DNA from: Haloferacaceae archaeon B1-Br10_E2g22
GTDB lineage: Archaea > Halobacteriota > Halobacteria > Halobacteriales > Haloferacaceae
Direction of reading: 5' to 3'
Assembly: GCA_001563795.1 (NCBI GenBank)
Contig: LKML01000001.1
Coordinates: forward strand, 5,953-69,952
Length of the DNA stretch: 64,000 nt
Below are positions 31,047 to 40,571 of this stretch, one piece after another. The stretch's first letter is position 1. Each line of letters opens with the position of its first letter. A program made the position numbers and the translations under genes. The notes beneath the pieces were generated by a model that was not told the DNA's origin, searched no databases, and saw only the letters and a program-made list of their open reading frames with translations.

Positions 31047-32243
31047 CTACCGGCCTTGGCCCATCAGATGACTTCGTAGGATATCCGGGCTTTTGACGCC
31101 GCCGTCAGTGTTGAGGATCACGACTGTTTCGTTACCATCGAAGCGGTCGTCTTCGGCCCACTGCCAGGCACCCGCCGCGGCCGCGCCGCCTGCTGGCCCC
31201 ATTTCGATGATTTCGTTGTGGGCAATCGTCGTCGCTGCATCGAGGCTGTCGCTGTCGTCGACTGTCAGTGCTGTCCCGTCGAGTCGCCGTAGTGTTTCGA
31301 GCGCCTGCGTGCCGCCGGCCGGATCGGCGACCTCGAGTTCACCAATGATGGTATCGGGATGTGTCCATGGCTCTGGAGTCTCGCGTTCCTGTTCGACCGC
31401 GGCGGCAATCGGCGCACAACTTGTCGGCTGGACGGCAACGATTGTGGGCGTCGATTCGGTGAGTCCGATCTTCGTGAGTGCTTCGAAGCCACGACCGATT
31501 CCCGTAACGATCTCGCCGGTGCTTGTCGGTACGAACACCACATCAGGAAGTCCTCCGAGATCACTGTACAGCTCGAAGGCCAGCGTTTTCGCACCCTCAT
31601 GTCGGTATGGGGTAGCAAACTCCTGCAGCGAGTAGTAGTCGGCGGCCAACTGCTCGTCGACTGCGCTCGCGGCGTCTCCGTATCGGCCACCAACAACACG
31701 CATCTGGCCGCCGTGGACGTTGATCATCGCCTTGTTAGAGAACGCTGACCGCGAAGGAACAAAAGCGTACGACCGAAGGCCTAGCTGGCCGACGTAGGCG
31801 GACGCTGATTGGCCGCTGTTGCCTGTCGAGGCAACTGCGAGCGGCTCGAGATCCGAGGGGTCATCATGCCCACTGAGTGCGGTCGCCACCAGACTCATCC
31901 CGCGGTCATAGACTGTTCCTGTTGGGTTTCGCCCCTCGTCTTTGATATATAGTTCACTGACACCCAACTCATCGGCCAACCGGTCGGCCCCACAGAGAGG
32001 GGTTTCGCCCTCTGCGGCCGAAATCGCCTCCGAGCGGTCGAACGGCAACAGGGCATCGAAGCGCCAGTGGCCGCAGCCGCCCGTCTCGGGTGGCTCGAAC
32101 AGTACTGAGGCCGAACAGTCCTCGTAGGCGTAGGTCGGCTCCAGTGGTGCGCCACAGCTCTGACACTGCTGGTCGAAAAGCGAGTCGCTTTCGGCAGTAC
32201 ACGCCGGACAGACGAGCCCTCGAAATGCCGGGGTCAACTTCAT
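31047..32243 (-). CDS. Threonine synthase-like fold-type II protein lacking the PLP lysine
   Basis: N-terminal CxxC..CxxC, EGETPL, KDEGRNPTGTVYDRG, ASTGN, EGAKT. Confidence 0.8.
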   Translation of the reverse strand: MKLTPAFRGLVCPACTAESDSLFDQQCQSCGAPLEPTYAYEDCSASVLFEPPETGGCGHWRFDALLPFDRSEAISAAEGETPLCGADRLADELGVSELYIKDEGRNPTGTVYDRGMSLVATALSGHDDPSDLEPLAVASTGNSGQSASAYVGQLGLRSYAFVPSRSAFSNKAMINVHGGQMRVVGGRYGDAASAVDEQLAADYYSLQEFATPYRHEGAKTLAFELYSDLGGLPDVVFVPTSTGEIVTGIGRGFEALTKIGLTESTPTIVAVQPTSCAPIAAAVEQERETPEPWTHPDTIIGELEVADPAGGTQALETLRRLDGTALTVDDSDSLDAATTIAHNEIIEMGPAGGAAAAGAWQWAEDDRFDGNETVVILNTDGGVKSPDILRSHLMGQGR

Positions 32244-32372
32244 ACCACAGATTACTGTGGGGCCGACTAAGCCCTTCCCGTCTCAGCAGCCACCTGCGGT
32301 GAATCGCCGTTGAATATCAACAATAATACTGCGAGAGGAGTGTTTATACGACCGCTCGTATTGTTCGCGCGT

Positions 32373-33377
32373 ATGAATCGCTCGCCGACCCGCCGGCAAA
32401 CGCTACAGCTTGGGGCTGTGGGTCTGGCTGCCGGAGTCGCTGGCTGTCTCGGTAATGACACACCTGCAGCGACACTAGCGTTCGAGGGCTTCGATCGGAT
32501 CGACGACGACGCACTACCGGATCGAACTGCGTATGCAACTGCCGACCGATCGTTTCCGAACTACCGGCTTTACGAAGCCGCCGACCCAGATATCGCGTTG
32601 ATTCTGTTGCATACTGCTGTTTTCGACAGCCGGGTTCTCGAGCCGCTGGCGAGTGGGCTTGCTGCGGCCAACGTGGCGCACGTTTTCACACCGGATCTCC
32701 GCGGGCACGGCCCTGAGCCCGAGAGACGTGGCGATCTCTCGTTTCGCTACCAACTCGAGGACGATATTACCCACTTGATCGACCGTGTCGAGACGCTGTT
32801 TTCGGATGTCGAGGTCGTCGTCGGTGGCCACGGCACCGGCGGCGGTGTTGCCGTCCGGTTTGCAGCACGTCCAGCAGGCCGGCGTGCGGACGGCTTTCTG
32901 TTTTTGGCACCGTATCTGGGCCGTGAGGCACCGACAACCAAGCCTGCGATGGGTGGGTGGGCAGAGTTCTATGGCGACCGGATCTTCCTGCTACGGGTGG
33001 TCACTGGGTTCGGTCTCGAGTGGAATCAGGATATGACGAGTGTCGAATACGAGATTCCCGACGATCTGTGGGACGGCACCGAAACGCTCGAGCATGCCTA
33101 CCGACTGATGGTTTCGTACACACCTGCTGAAGACGACCTCGAGCGGCTGGCCGACCGGCCCATGCTGACGGTTGTGGGCACGGCCGACGAAACGGCCGTT
33201 TCGGACGCTTACGATGCGCTCGTTGGAACCGAAGACTCACAGACTCTCGAGCAACTCGAGGGGGCGTCGCATTTCGATCTCACGCTTACCGAGACGGCTA
33301 TCGAGACGATCGAGACGTGGGTAGACGAGACATCGTTCGAACGTCGCGGCCGAGAGGGTTCGAACAGTTCACAGTAG
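32373..33377 (+). CDS. Tat-exported alpha/beta-hydrolase-fold lipoprotein
   Basis: TRRQTL Tat motif, VAGC lipobox, PDLRGHG, GHGTGGG, LAPYLG, ASH; start at 32373. Confidence 0.8.
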   Translation: MNRSPTRRQTLQLGAVGLAAGVAGCLGNDTPAATLAFEGFDRIDDDALPDRTAYATADRSFPNYRLYEAADPDIALILLHTAVFDSRVLEPLASGLAAANVAHVFTPDLRGHGPEPERRGDLSFRYQLEDDITHLIDRVETLFSDVEVVVGGHGTGGGVAVRFAARPAGRRADGFLFLAPYLGREAPTTKPAMGGWAEFYGDRIFLLRVVTGFGLEWNQDMTSVEYEIPDDLWDGTETLEHAYRLMVSYTPAEDDLERLADRPMLTVVGTADETAVSDAYDALVGTEDSQTLEQLEGASHFDLTLTETAIETIETWVDETSFERRGREGSNSSQ

Positions 33378-33408
33378 TTTCTTTGCGTCGGCCAACCGAA
33401 CACAGCTT

Positions 33409-34677
33409 ATGAGTCGTTCTATTGTTGTCGTTGGAGGGGGTCTTGCCGGACTTGTTGCCGCACGCCATCTTGCAGACGGCGGGACGGATGTAACGGTCTA
33501 CGAGCAACACGAAACGGTCGGCGGCCGTGTTCGATCTCGAAAGCACCGTGGTTTCATTCTCGACCGTGGCTTTCAGGTGCTGTTGACGGGGTATCCCGCT
33601 CTTGAACGCGAGTTGGATCTCGAGGCACTCGAGTTGCGATACTTCAACCCCGGTGCGGTTATCGCTCGACCGGGCCAGCGGTCTGTGCTTTCGGATCCAC
33701 TACGCGATCCGCTGGCCGCCTTCGAGACGGTGACAAACACCGAAGTATCGTTCAGCGATAAACTCCGGACACTCGCAGTTCGCCGTGATCTGGCCGGCCG
33801 GTCGTTCGAGTCGCTTTTGTCACGGTCTGACAGTTCGATTCGAGAATACCTCCGAGAGTGGGGATTTTCCGAGCGCTATCTGTCGAACTTCATTGCACCG
33901 TTTTACGGTGGTATCACCCTCGATCGGTCACTGGGAACGTCCAAGCGCGTCTTCGAGTACACCTTCAAAGCACTCAGCGATGGCCGCACTGCGGTACCGG
34001 CCGACGGAATGGGTGCAATCTCCCGACAGCTTGCCGACCGTGCGGAGAAAGCCGGCGCGGAGATCGTAACTGGCGAGGCCGTCACGGAACTCAAACCGAA
34101 GCGTCGCCACACAACCGTCGTTACCGACGAGGATCGCCGGGCTGTCGACGCAGTGGTCGTCGCCACCCAACCCAGCGTCGCCGCCAGACTGACCGGCAAC
34201 GACGATATTCCAACCGACGGCGTCGGGTGTGTCACCCAGTATTACCGCCTCGAGGGCCCACCGCTGAAAACCGGCAAGCGGTTGCTGCTCAACGCCGGCG
34301 ATACTGCCCCCAACACGATCGTTCCGCTCTCGGAGGTTGCTCCCGAGTACGCCACAGGCGACGACCACTTGCTGAACGCGACGTTTCTCGGCGAGAACGT
34401 CCTCGAAACGTCCAGCGAGCAGTTGGCCGCCCAGACGCATCAGACGCTCGAGGCGTGGTATCCCGAACGAAGCTTCGAATCGCTTAGACGGCTTGAGACC
34501 GATCGGATTCCGTTCGCCCAGTTCGGCCAGCCGCCGGGAGTCCACGACTCGCTGCCTGACGTGCGAGACGGCGGCCGACGAACGTATCTGGCCGGCGAGT
34601 ACACCGAATGGTCATCGATTCAGGGCGCGATGGAAAGCGGTAGAAAGGCCGCCGAGGCTGTCTTGGAAGACCGCTAG
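33409..34677 (+). CDS. FAD-dependent oxidoreductase (amine oxidase/phytoene desaturase superfamily)
   Basis: VVGGGLAGL, GGRVRS, LDRGFQV, YLAGEY, SIQGAMESG. Confidence 0.9.
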   Translation: MSRSIVVVGGGLAGLVAARHLADGGTDVTVYEQHETVGGRVRSRKHRGFILDRGFQVLLTGYPALERELDLEALELRYFNPGAVIARPGQRSVLSDPLRDPLAAFETVTNTEVSFSDKLRTLAVRRDLAGRSFESLLSRSDSSIREYLREWGFSERYLSNFIAPFYGGITLDRSLGTSKRVFEYTFKALSDGRTAVPADGMGAISRQLADRAEKAGAEIVTGEAVTELKPKRRHTTVVTDEDRRAVDAVVVATQPSVAARLTGNDDIPTDGVGCVTQYYRLEGPPLKTGKRLLLNAGDTAPNTIVPLSEVAPEYATGDDHLLNATFLGENVLETSSEQLAAQTHQTLEAWYPERSFESLRRLETDRIPFAQFGQPPGVHDSLPDVRDGGRRTYLAGEYTEWSSIQGAMESGRKAAEAVLEDR

Positions 34678-34679
34678 TC

Positions 34680-35720
34680 TTAGGGCGTGATAACCGCCCG
34701 ACCTTCGATCTCGCCGTGTTCGAGTTTTTCAGCAACCATGTTGACCTCCCCAAGCTCGTACTGGCTGGTGTGGAGTTCGACATCCCCGCGATCGACCAGC
34801 GCCATGAGTTCCTGGAGTTCGGCGTACTTGCCGACAAGCGTGCCGCGGAAGCCGAACTCGCCGCTGACAAGCGTTTGGGCCGGCTGGTGGATGTGGCCGC
34901 CGTAGCCGACGATGTGGTGGTCGGCAGTGCCTGCGGCGATCTGTGGGCCGAGTTCGGTTGTTTCGTCGCGGCCGACGAAATCAATAATCTGCTGTGCGCC
35001 AACGCCGTCGGTAATATCCAGTACCTGCTGGACGATGTCCTCAGCTGCGGGATCAAGCGCGTGGTGTGCTCCGAGACCATCGGCGAGTTCTCGGGCCTCG
35101 GCTTTGATGTCGAGTGCGATTATTTCGACGGGGTTCATCGTCTCGAGACACTGCAGGCCGATATGGCCCAACCCGCCGACACCCATAACGACGGCCGTAT
35201 CGCCTGGGTTGAGTTTTTTCGTCGCCTTCTTGACTGCATGGTAGGCCGTAATCCCGGCATCGGCGTGCGGGGCAATCGTTGTCGTATCTGCGCCCTCGGG
35301 CAGTGGGATCACTGCTCGATCCGACGTGAGCAGGTATTCGGCAAAGCCGCCGTTAGTCGTCAGTCCCGGAAACGAGAGGTTCGCACAGTGCATATCCTCA
35401 CCAAGCCGGCAGGGCCGACAGGTTCCACAGGTCATTACCGGGTGACAGATCACCTTTTGACCGACCTCGACGGTTTCGACTTCCGAGCCGATCTCGACGA
35501 CCTCACCGGCGTTTTCGTGTCCGAGTGTCATCGGGAGTGTCTGTTCGACGTAGTCTGTCCACATCCCCTCGATAATGTGGTTGTCCGTCTGACACCAGCC
35601 TGCGCCCTCTACTTCGACAACGACGTGATGAGACCGCTCGGCCGTGGGGCGGTCGATCTCTTCGATATCTAATGCCTCGCTCATCTCGTGGGTGTACTCG
35701 TTGAGTCTGGCTGCTTGCAT
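34680..35720 (-). CDS. Zn-dependent NAD(P) alcohol dehydrogenase
   Basis: GWCQTD, LGHE, CGTCRPCRLGEDMHC, GVGGLG; start MQAARL at 35720. Confidence 0.92.
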   Translation of the reverse strand: MQAARLNEYTHEMSEALDIEEIDRPTAERSHHVVVEVEGAGWCQTDNHIIEGMWTDYVEQTLPMTLGHENAGEVVEIGSEVETVEVGQKVICHPVMTCGTCRPCRLGEDMHCANLSFPGLTTNGGFAEYLLTSDRAVIPLPEGADTTTIAPHADAGITAYHAVKKATKKLNPGDTAVVMGVGGLGHIGLQCLETMNPVEIIALDIKAEARELADGLGAHHALDPAAEDIVQQVLDITDGVGAQQIIDFVGRDETTELGPQIAAGTADHHIVGYGGHIHQPAQTLVSGEFGFRGTLVGKYAELQELMALVDRGDVELHTSQYELGEVNMVAEKLEHGEIEGRAVITP

Positions 35721-35820
35721 GATCCAATACGTTGTTCGGGCCAATCTGCATTATAATTAGTTAAGAAAACAGTTGAGGGAGTTATGAACAGTTGTCAGAA
35801 ATATGTATGCAAACAGACAC

Positions 35821-36513
35821 TCACAGTAGCCGACGGAACTCCCCGAGCGGTGGAAACTGCAGTGTCGTCTCGTCGTCGGCATCCCAGATGTGCGGCTGAA
35901 GAGACTCAACCGATTTGATCAGCGGCGACTGCAGCGCGTCGGCCCGCAACCGGTTGAGTTCGACACCGCCAGCCAGACGGGTAAACGCCGGCAACACAAC
36001 CAACTCGCGGCCGCGGTAGCCCGTGGGATCGACACACAGACACGGGTGGCGTTTGCCTTCGATGTTGATTGCTGGGTGGTCGTGGCCAATTACATACCGT
36101 TCGCCGTCACGGTCGGGTTCTGTGTGGCCGTGACAGATCACTGTTTGGTCTGCGAGTCTGACCGACTTTTCGACCTTCTCAGGCCAGACTGCCGCTAGTA
36201 GCCTGTCGTGATTTCCTTCGAGGGCTCTGACCTCACAGCCCGCCTCTCGAGACTGTCTGTAGAGTTCATCGACTGTCTCGTCTACGCCCGCCGGAACGGT
36301 CGAAAAACTATGGAGCATGTCGCCCGCAAAGACGGTCTGCCGTGGCTCAAATCGTTCGAGCAGCCCAGCCAGCCGTGCGTGGATATCTCCGGCCTCCTCG
36401 AGTGGGACATCGACGGCCGATGTGGCTGCCCGCCCGAGATGTAGGTCCGCAACCACCAGCGTCTCGGTGGCCTCGAGATAGACAGCTCGCTCGCGGAATG
36501 TGATGTCGTCCAC
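35821..36513 (-). CDS. Metallophosphoesterase
   Basis: ADLHLG, AGDMLH, GNHD, HGH, GHDHP, LPAF. Confidence 0.88.
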   Translation of the reverse strand: MDDITFRERAVYLEATETLVVADLHLGRAATSAVDVPLEEAGDIHARLAGLLERFEPRQTVFAGDMLHSFSTVPAGVDETVDELYRQSREAGCEVRALEGNHDRLLAAVWPEKVEKSVRLADQTVICHGHTEPDRDGERYVIGHDHPAINIEGKRHPCLCVDPTGYRGRELVVLPAFTRLAGGVELNRLRADALQSPLIKSVESLQPHIWDADDETTLQFPPLGEFRRLL

Positions 36514-36603
36514 ACCGGCGGTCAGACCGAGTTGAATAAAACCTCATCGAACCGCCCGAAGATCCCCGCGGGTATTTTAACCGCTCCGAACAGAAAGCCG
36601 GAT

Positions 36604-37389
36604 ATGAGCGATGCGCTGGCCGACAAACGTACTGCCACCCGGCTTCGTGTGCTCGTCGAGATCGCCGACCGCCAGCCGGCTGTCTCCCAAGGCGAGATTG
36701 CCGAGGCGGTCGGTGTCACCTCTCAGGCGGTCAGTGAGTACATCCGCGGCCTAGTTGAGGACGGGCTGGTCACCAAAGAGGGTCGCTCGCGGTACTCGGT
36801 TACCAAAGAGGGCGTCGACTGGCTGTTTCAGGAGGCCAAAGCTCTCCAGCGGTTTGCTGACCACGTCACCGGTGATGTCCTCGGAACCGTCCAGGAAGAT
36901 ACTGCTATCGCAACCGCTGACATCGAGGCTGGCCAGCGCGTAACGATTTCGCTCGAGGACGGGCTGTTGCGTGCAACACCCGGCGATGTTGGGCCTGCAA
37001 CGGGTGTGGCAACGACCGACGGCGCGGCTGGAACAGACGTGAGCGTGACATCGTTTGAGGGCGTCATCGAGATGGATCCCGGGGCGGTGACAGTCGTCCA
37101 AATCCCGCCTGCTCGTGAAGGCGGCAGTCGCACAGTCGACGGCGACAACCTGGCCAACACCTGTCAGCAGGCAGATCTTGTTGTCGCTGCCGGTGTCGAA
37201 GCGGTGGTCTCGCTGCGAAACATCGACCTCGAGCCAGCAGTCACGGTTTCGGCTGGCGAGGTTGCTGCGGCCGCAGCCGCGGTCGGACAAACGGTGACAG
37301 TCGTCGCCTCAACGGATACAATCGGTCGCGTCACCGACGCACTCAGAGAGGATACAGTCTCCTATGAGGTCACCACACACACGGTATAA
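36604..37389 (+). CDS. Winged-helix transcriptional regulator (MarR/CRP-like, archaeal)
   Basis: QPAVSQGEIAEAVGVTSQAVSEYIRGL..GRSRYSVTKEG; start at 36604. Confidence 0.8.
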   Translation: MSDALADKRTATRLRVLVEIADRQPAVSQGEIAEAVGVTSQAVSEYIRGLVEDGLVTKEGRSRYSVTKEGVDWLFQEAKALQRFADHVTGDVLGTVQEDTAIATADIEAGQRVTISLEDGLLRATPGDVGPATGVATTDGAAGTDVSVTSFEGVIEMDPGAVTVVQIPPAREGGSRTVDGDNLANTCQQADLVVAAGVEAVVSLRNIDLEPAVTVSAGEVAAAAAAVGQTVTVVASTDTIGRVTDALREDTVSYEVTTHTV

Positions 37390-37395
37390 TCCGGG

Positions 37396-38160
37396 TCAGT
37401 AGACGCTCACGTCGTCAAACCGACCCTCGTAGACGAGGTTTCGCGGATGGGTCGGCTCGTCGCCGGACAACAGCAGCCGATCAATTTTCTCCCAGCTGTT
37501 TTCGTAGCCCAAATGCCCAAACTCGGCGAGCCCGAAAAGTCGATGCTCAATCCCAGCACGATGCAGCACGCGTCGTTCGACGCCGGTTTTGAGCGCCTCG
37601 CAGAGTGTGGCTTCGCTATCGATTGGTGTCTCAAAGCGCGTCCAGGCCTCGCCAATCGTTGAGGTAAGATGTGCATACGAAGACCCAAACGCAGGCAGCG
37701 ACAGCTCCCGAGCGATGGTTTGGCCCCGTCGGTTCTGATAGCCCAGCAGTTTGGCATTGTACGTTTCGACCGCATCAATACGTGAACTATGGGCTCGGAT
37801 TTCAGGCCACGTCAGACTCACGTTCATAAATCCGGGATGTGGGACAGCAACGGCAGCGTTCTGTCTGTCACACTCGGCCATCGCCGCCTCGAAGGTAATG
37901 AAATCAGCAACTGGCTCTGAGAGCCCAATTGCCAACAGATGCCGACGGTTCTTCCAGTCGCCGGTAAAGATCTCGCGGGCCGGAACAACCAGCAACTCCT
38001 CGTCGGTATAGCGAGCTGCAGTCTGTTGAATCTCGGGTAGTCGAGTAAAATGCGGGGCATACACCAGCGCATCAATCCCACGACGTTTGGCACGCGCGAC
38101 GACCCTCTCTGAGAGGATTTTGGTGTGCATGTCGACGCGAGAGGAACCCGAGTCAGTCAC
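37396..38160 (-). CDS. PHP-domain protein
   Basis: VDMHTK, YAPHF, PAREI, PHP, VETYN, GSSYAH. Confidence 0.8.
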   Translation of the reverse strand: MTDSGSSRVDMHTKILSERVVARAKRRGIDALVYAPHFTRLPEIQQTAARYTDEELLVVPAREIFTGDWKNRRHLLAIGLSEPVADFITFEAAMAECDRQNAAVAVPHPGFMNVSLTWPEIRAHSSRIDAVETYNAKLLGYQNRRGQTIARELSLPAFGSSYAHLTSTIGEAWTRFETPIDSEATLCEALKTGVERRVLHRAGIEHRLFGLAEFGHLGYENSWEKIDRLLLSGDEPTHPRNLVYEGRFDDVSVY

Positions 38161-38258
38161 ACTGATACGTTCGAAACCGATCCATTAGTGTATACCGTTT
38201 TGTAGTCGGCGTCTGACGCACAACAACCGTTATATCCACCGGGGCCAACTCGTCTCAC

Positions 38259-38567
38259 ATGGCTGGATGGCGTTGTGGAATCGACGAGTGCGAACAGGTC
38301 TTCGAGACCGTCGAGTCGTTGATCATCCACCAGACAACCGAACACGACAAACACGAGTGTCAAGTCTGTGGCACGCTTGTTCCGGATGGCTACTTTGCGA
38401 TCCGCCACATGTTCGACGAACACACTCGCGCACAGTACGTTCGAGCCTACGATGGCGATTCGGCGGCGGTTCGCCGCCGCGAAGAGATCCAACAGGAAAT
38501 CGAGACCACTGCGGATCTCAGTGCTGTCGTCGAGGAACTTGATTCTCGGTCACAACAACTCGGCTAA
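38259..38567 (+). CDS. Small protein with two C2H2-like zinc fingers
   Basis: CGIDEC...HQTTEH and CQVC...HMFDEH. Confidence 0.8.
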   Translation: MAGWRCGIDECEQVFETVESLIIHQTTEHDKHECQVCGTLVPDGYFAIRHMFDEHTRAQYVRAYDGDSAAVRRREEIQQEIETTADLSAVVEELDSRSQQLG

Positions 38568-38624
38568 CTGTTTGAGCCTACTGGTTGTGGCCAGCTGTCT
38601 TATCGCACACAGAAAATCCCGCTT

Positions 38625-39062
38625 TCAGCGCTCGTCGCTGTCCAACACGCGAATCTGGTCGCCACGCACGGTCACTGGAATCGGCACTGTCGCCTCGTAC
38701 AGTTCGACTGTCACCTGATCTTTGCCTTCGTCAATTCGCTGGACGCGTGCCTTTTCGCCCTGGAACGGCCCTGCGATGAGTTCGACGATATCGGCTTCGG
38801 CAATTCCCTCGACATCGGGAGTCGGCGACAGGAAGTGTTCGACCTCTGTGATTCCTGATTTGCCGGAGACGATCGTTCGAGCGTGTGGAATCTCATCAAG
38901 CAGCCGCTCGAGAACGGATGTGCCGTCGGCTTCGACCATCACGTAGCTCGTCAACGAATCCGGCGACAACACGGCGTGAACCTCGTCTTCTTCTTTCGTT
39001 GCAATCATATCCGCAACGGTACGCTCCTGTCGAGCCGTGGTTTTGACGGCGTAGATTCCCAT
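38625..39062 (-). CDS. spt5: Transcription elongation factor Spt5 (NusG)
   Basis: IYAVKTT, SYVMVEA, KOW GPFQGEKARV; start MGIYAV at 39062. Confidence 0.95.
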   Translation of the reverse strand: MGIYAVKTTARQERTVADMIATKEEDEVHAVLSPDSLTSYVMVEADGTSVLERLLDEIPHARTIVSGKSGITEVEHFLSPTPDVEGIAEADIVELIAGPFQGEKARVQRIDEGKDQVTVELYEATVPIPVTVRGDQIRVLDSDER

Positions 39063-39235
39063 CAGGCACCACCGGGCAGAACGCTCATGATTGCGAAGAT
39101 GACAAAGCCAATAAAGCCGATCAGGATAATACCGGCACCGGCGATTTTTGAGACCATCGAAAACTCGTTCCACGAGGGCGTACTTGCCAGTTTCAGTACG
39201 CGAATGTAGCTGTTGAGGTCGTACGGGACTTTCAT
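39062..39235 (-). CDS. secE: Protein translocase SecE/Sec61-gamma (57 aa, not in ORF track)
   Basis: MKVPYDLNSYIRVLKLASTPSWNEFSMVSKIAGAGIILIGFIGFVIF...; conserved ftsZ-secE-spt5 order. Confidence 0.93.
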   Translation of the reverse strand: MKVPYDLNSYIRVLKLASTPSWNEFSMVSKIAGAGIILIGFIGFVIFAIMSVLPGGA

Positions 39236-39331
39236 AGTAGCCGGCTGTTTGGGCGCGGGCTTTTTCTATCTATTGGTACTGCCTCGAGACAAGTGCATCT
39301 GGTTGCTATTCGTTACAACCCTCGCAGGAAG

Positions 39332-40504
39332 CTATTCGACGTAATCGATATCGTCACCGTCGTCGGCCACTCCAGCGGCTGGTTGTTGCGGCTGGCCGCG
39401 GTCTGCGGCAGTGTCGCTGCTGCCGTAGATCTGTGGTGAGTCGACGCCCGTGACGACGATCATTGTCCGCATGCTGCCGTCGAGTTCTTCGTCGATGGAA
39501 GTCCCCCAGATGATTCGGGCATCGGGGTCGATCCGGTCGTAGATCTCTTCGACGACGCCCTCTGCTTCTTCGATAGACATGTCGTTGCCACCGGTGACAT
39601 TGACCAACGCCGAGTTGGCCCCCGAGATATCGACGTCCAAAAGCGGTGATCGGAGCGCGCTTTTGACGGAGTCTTGGGCTTTGGATTCCGAATCGGACTC
39701 GCCGAGACCGATCATCGCAACACCACCTTTCTCCATGACTGTCCGGACGTCGGCGAAATCGAGATTCACGAGGCCAGGTTTTGTAATGAGCTCGGTAATT
39801 CCTTTGACAGACCGCATTAGCACTTCATCAGCAACCTGGAAGGCCTGACGGACTGGCATCTTGCCGACGGCATCCAACAGCCGGTCGTTCGGGACGACGA
39901 TTACAGTGTCACTAACGTCTCTGAGGCGCTCGAGGCCGGCTTCAGCGTTGGTTCGCCGGACTTCTCCCTCGGCGGTAAACGGCGTGGTAACAATCGAGAT
40001 TGTCAGCGCGCCCGAATCGCGAGCGGCTTTGGCAACGACCGGTGCTGATCCGGTGCCTGTTCCGCCGCCGAGACCCGCGGTGACAAACACCATATCCGAA
40101 CCTTCGATGGCGTCATAAATCTCTTCTTGGCTCTCGAGGGCGGCCTCTTCGCCAACCTGCGGCAACGAACCTGCACCGCGGCCCTGGGTTTTCTGTTGAC
40201 CCATCAGGATCTTTGTGTCTGCGCCAATGTTTACGAGGTGCTGTACGTCTGTGTTTGCGGCGACCAATTTGGCACCGTGAATTCCCTCGTCGTGCATTCG
40301 ATTGACGGTGTTGCCGCCACCGCCGCCACAGCCGACGACGGTGATGTCTGTCTGGAGGTCTTGGAGGACATCACGCAGTTCGTCGTCGGTCATCGTTCCC
40401 GACTGTGGTGTGCCACTGGAGGGGCTACTCCCGGAGAAGTTCTCGGATGCAGTATCTTCGGCGGCCTCGGCCTCGTCAATCGCATCCTCAACGATAGAGT
40501 CCAT
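39332..40504 (-). CDS. ftsZ: Cell division protein FtsZ (FtsZ1-type by context)
   Basis: [17 protein letters not shown] tubulin motif, NLDFAD; start MDSIVE at 40504. Confidence 0.97.
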   Translation of the reverse strand: MDSIVEDAIDEAEAAEDTASENFSGSSPSSGTPQSGTMTDDELRDVLQDLQTDITVVGCGGGGGNTVNRMHDEGIHGAKLVAANTDVQHLVNIGADTKILMGQQKTQGRGAGSLPQVGEEAALESQEEIYDAIEGSDMVFVTAGLGGGTGTGSAPVVAKAARDSGALTISIVTTPFTAEGEVRRTNAEAGLERLRDVSDTVIVVPNDRLLDAVGKMPVRQAFQVADEVLMRSVKGITELITKPGLVNLDFADVRTVMEKGGVAMIGLGESDSESKAQDSVKSALRSPLLDVDISGANSALVNVTGGNDMSIEEAEGVVEEIYDRIDPDARIIWGTSIDEELDGSMRTMIVVTGVDSPQIYGSSDTAADRGQPQQPAAGVADDGDDIDYVE

Positions 40505-40571
40505 CAGTATACCCGCCCCTTGCAGACCGAGGCTATTTATCTTTCCCCATTTGTCAGACAATCGTCTGACT

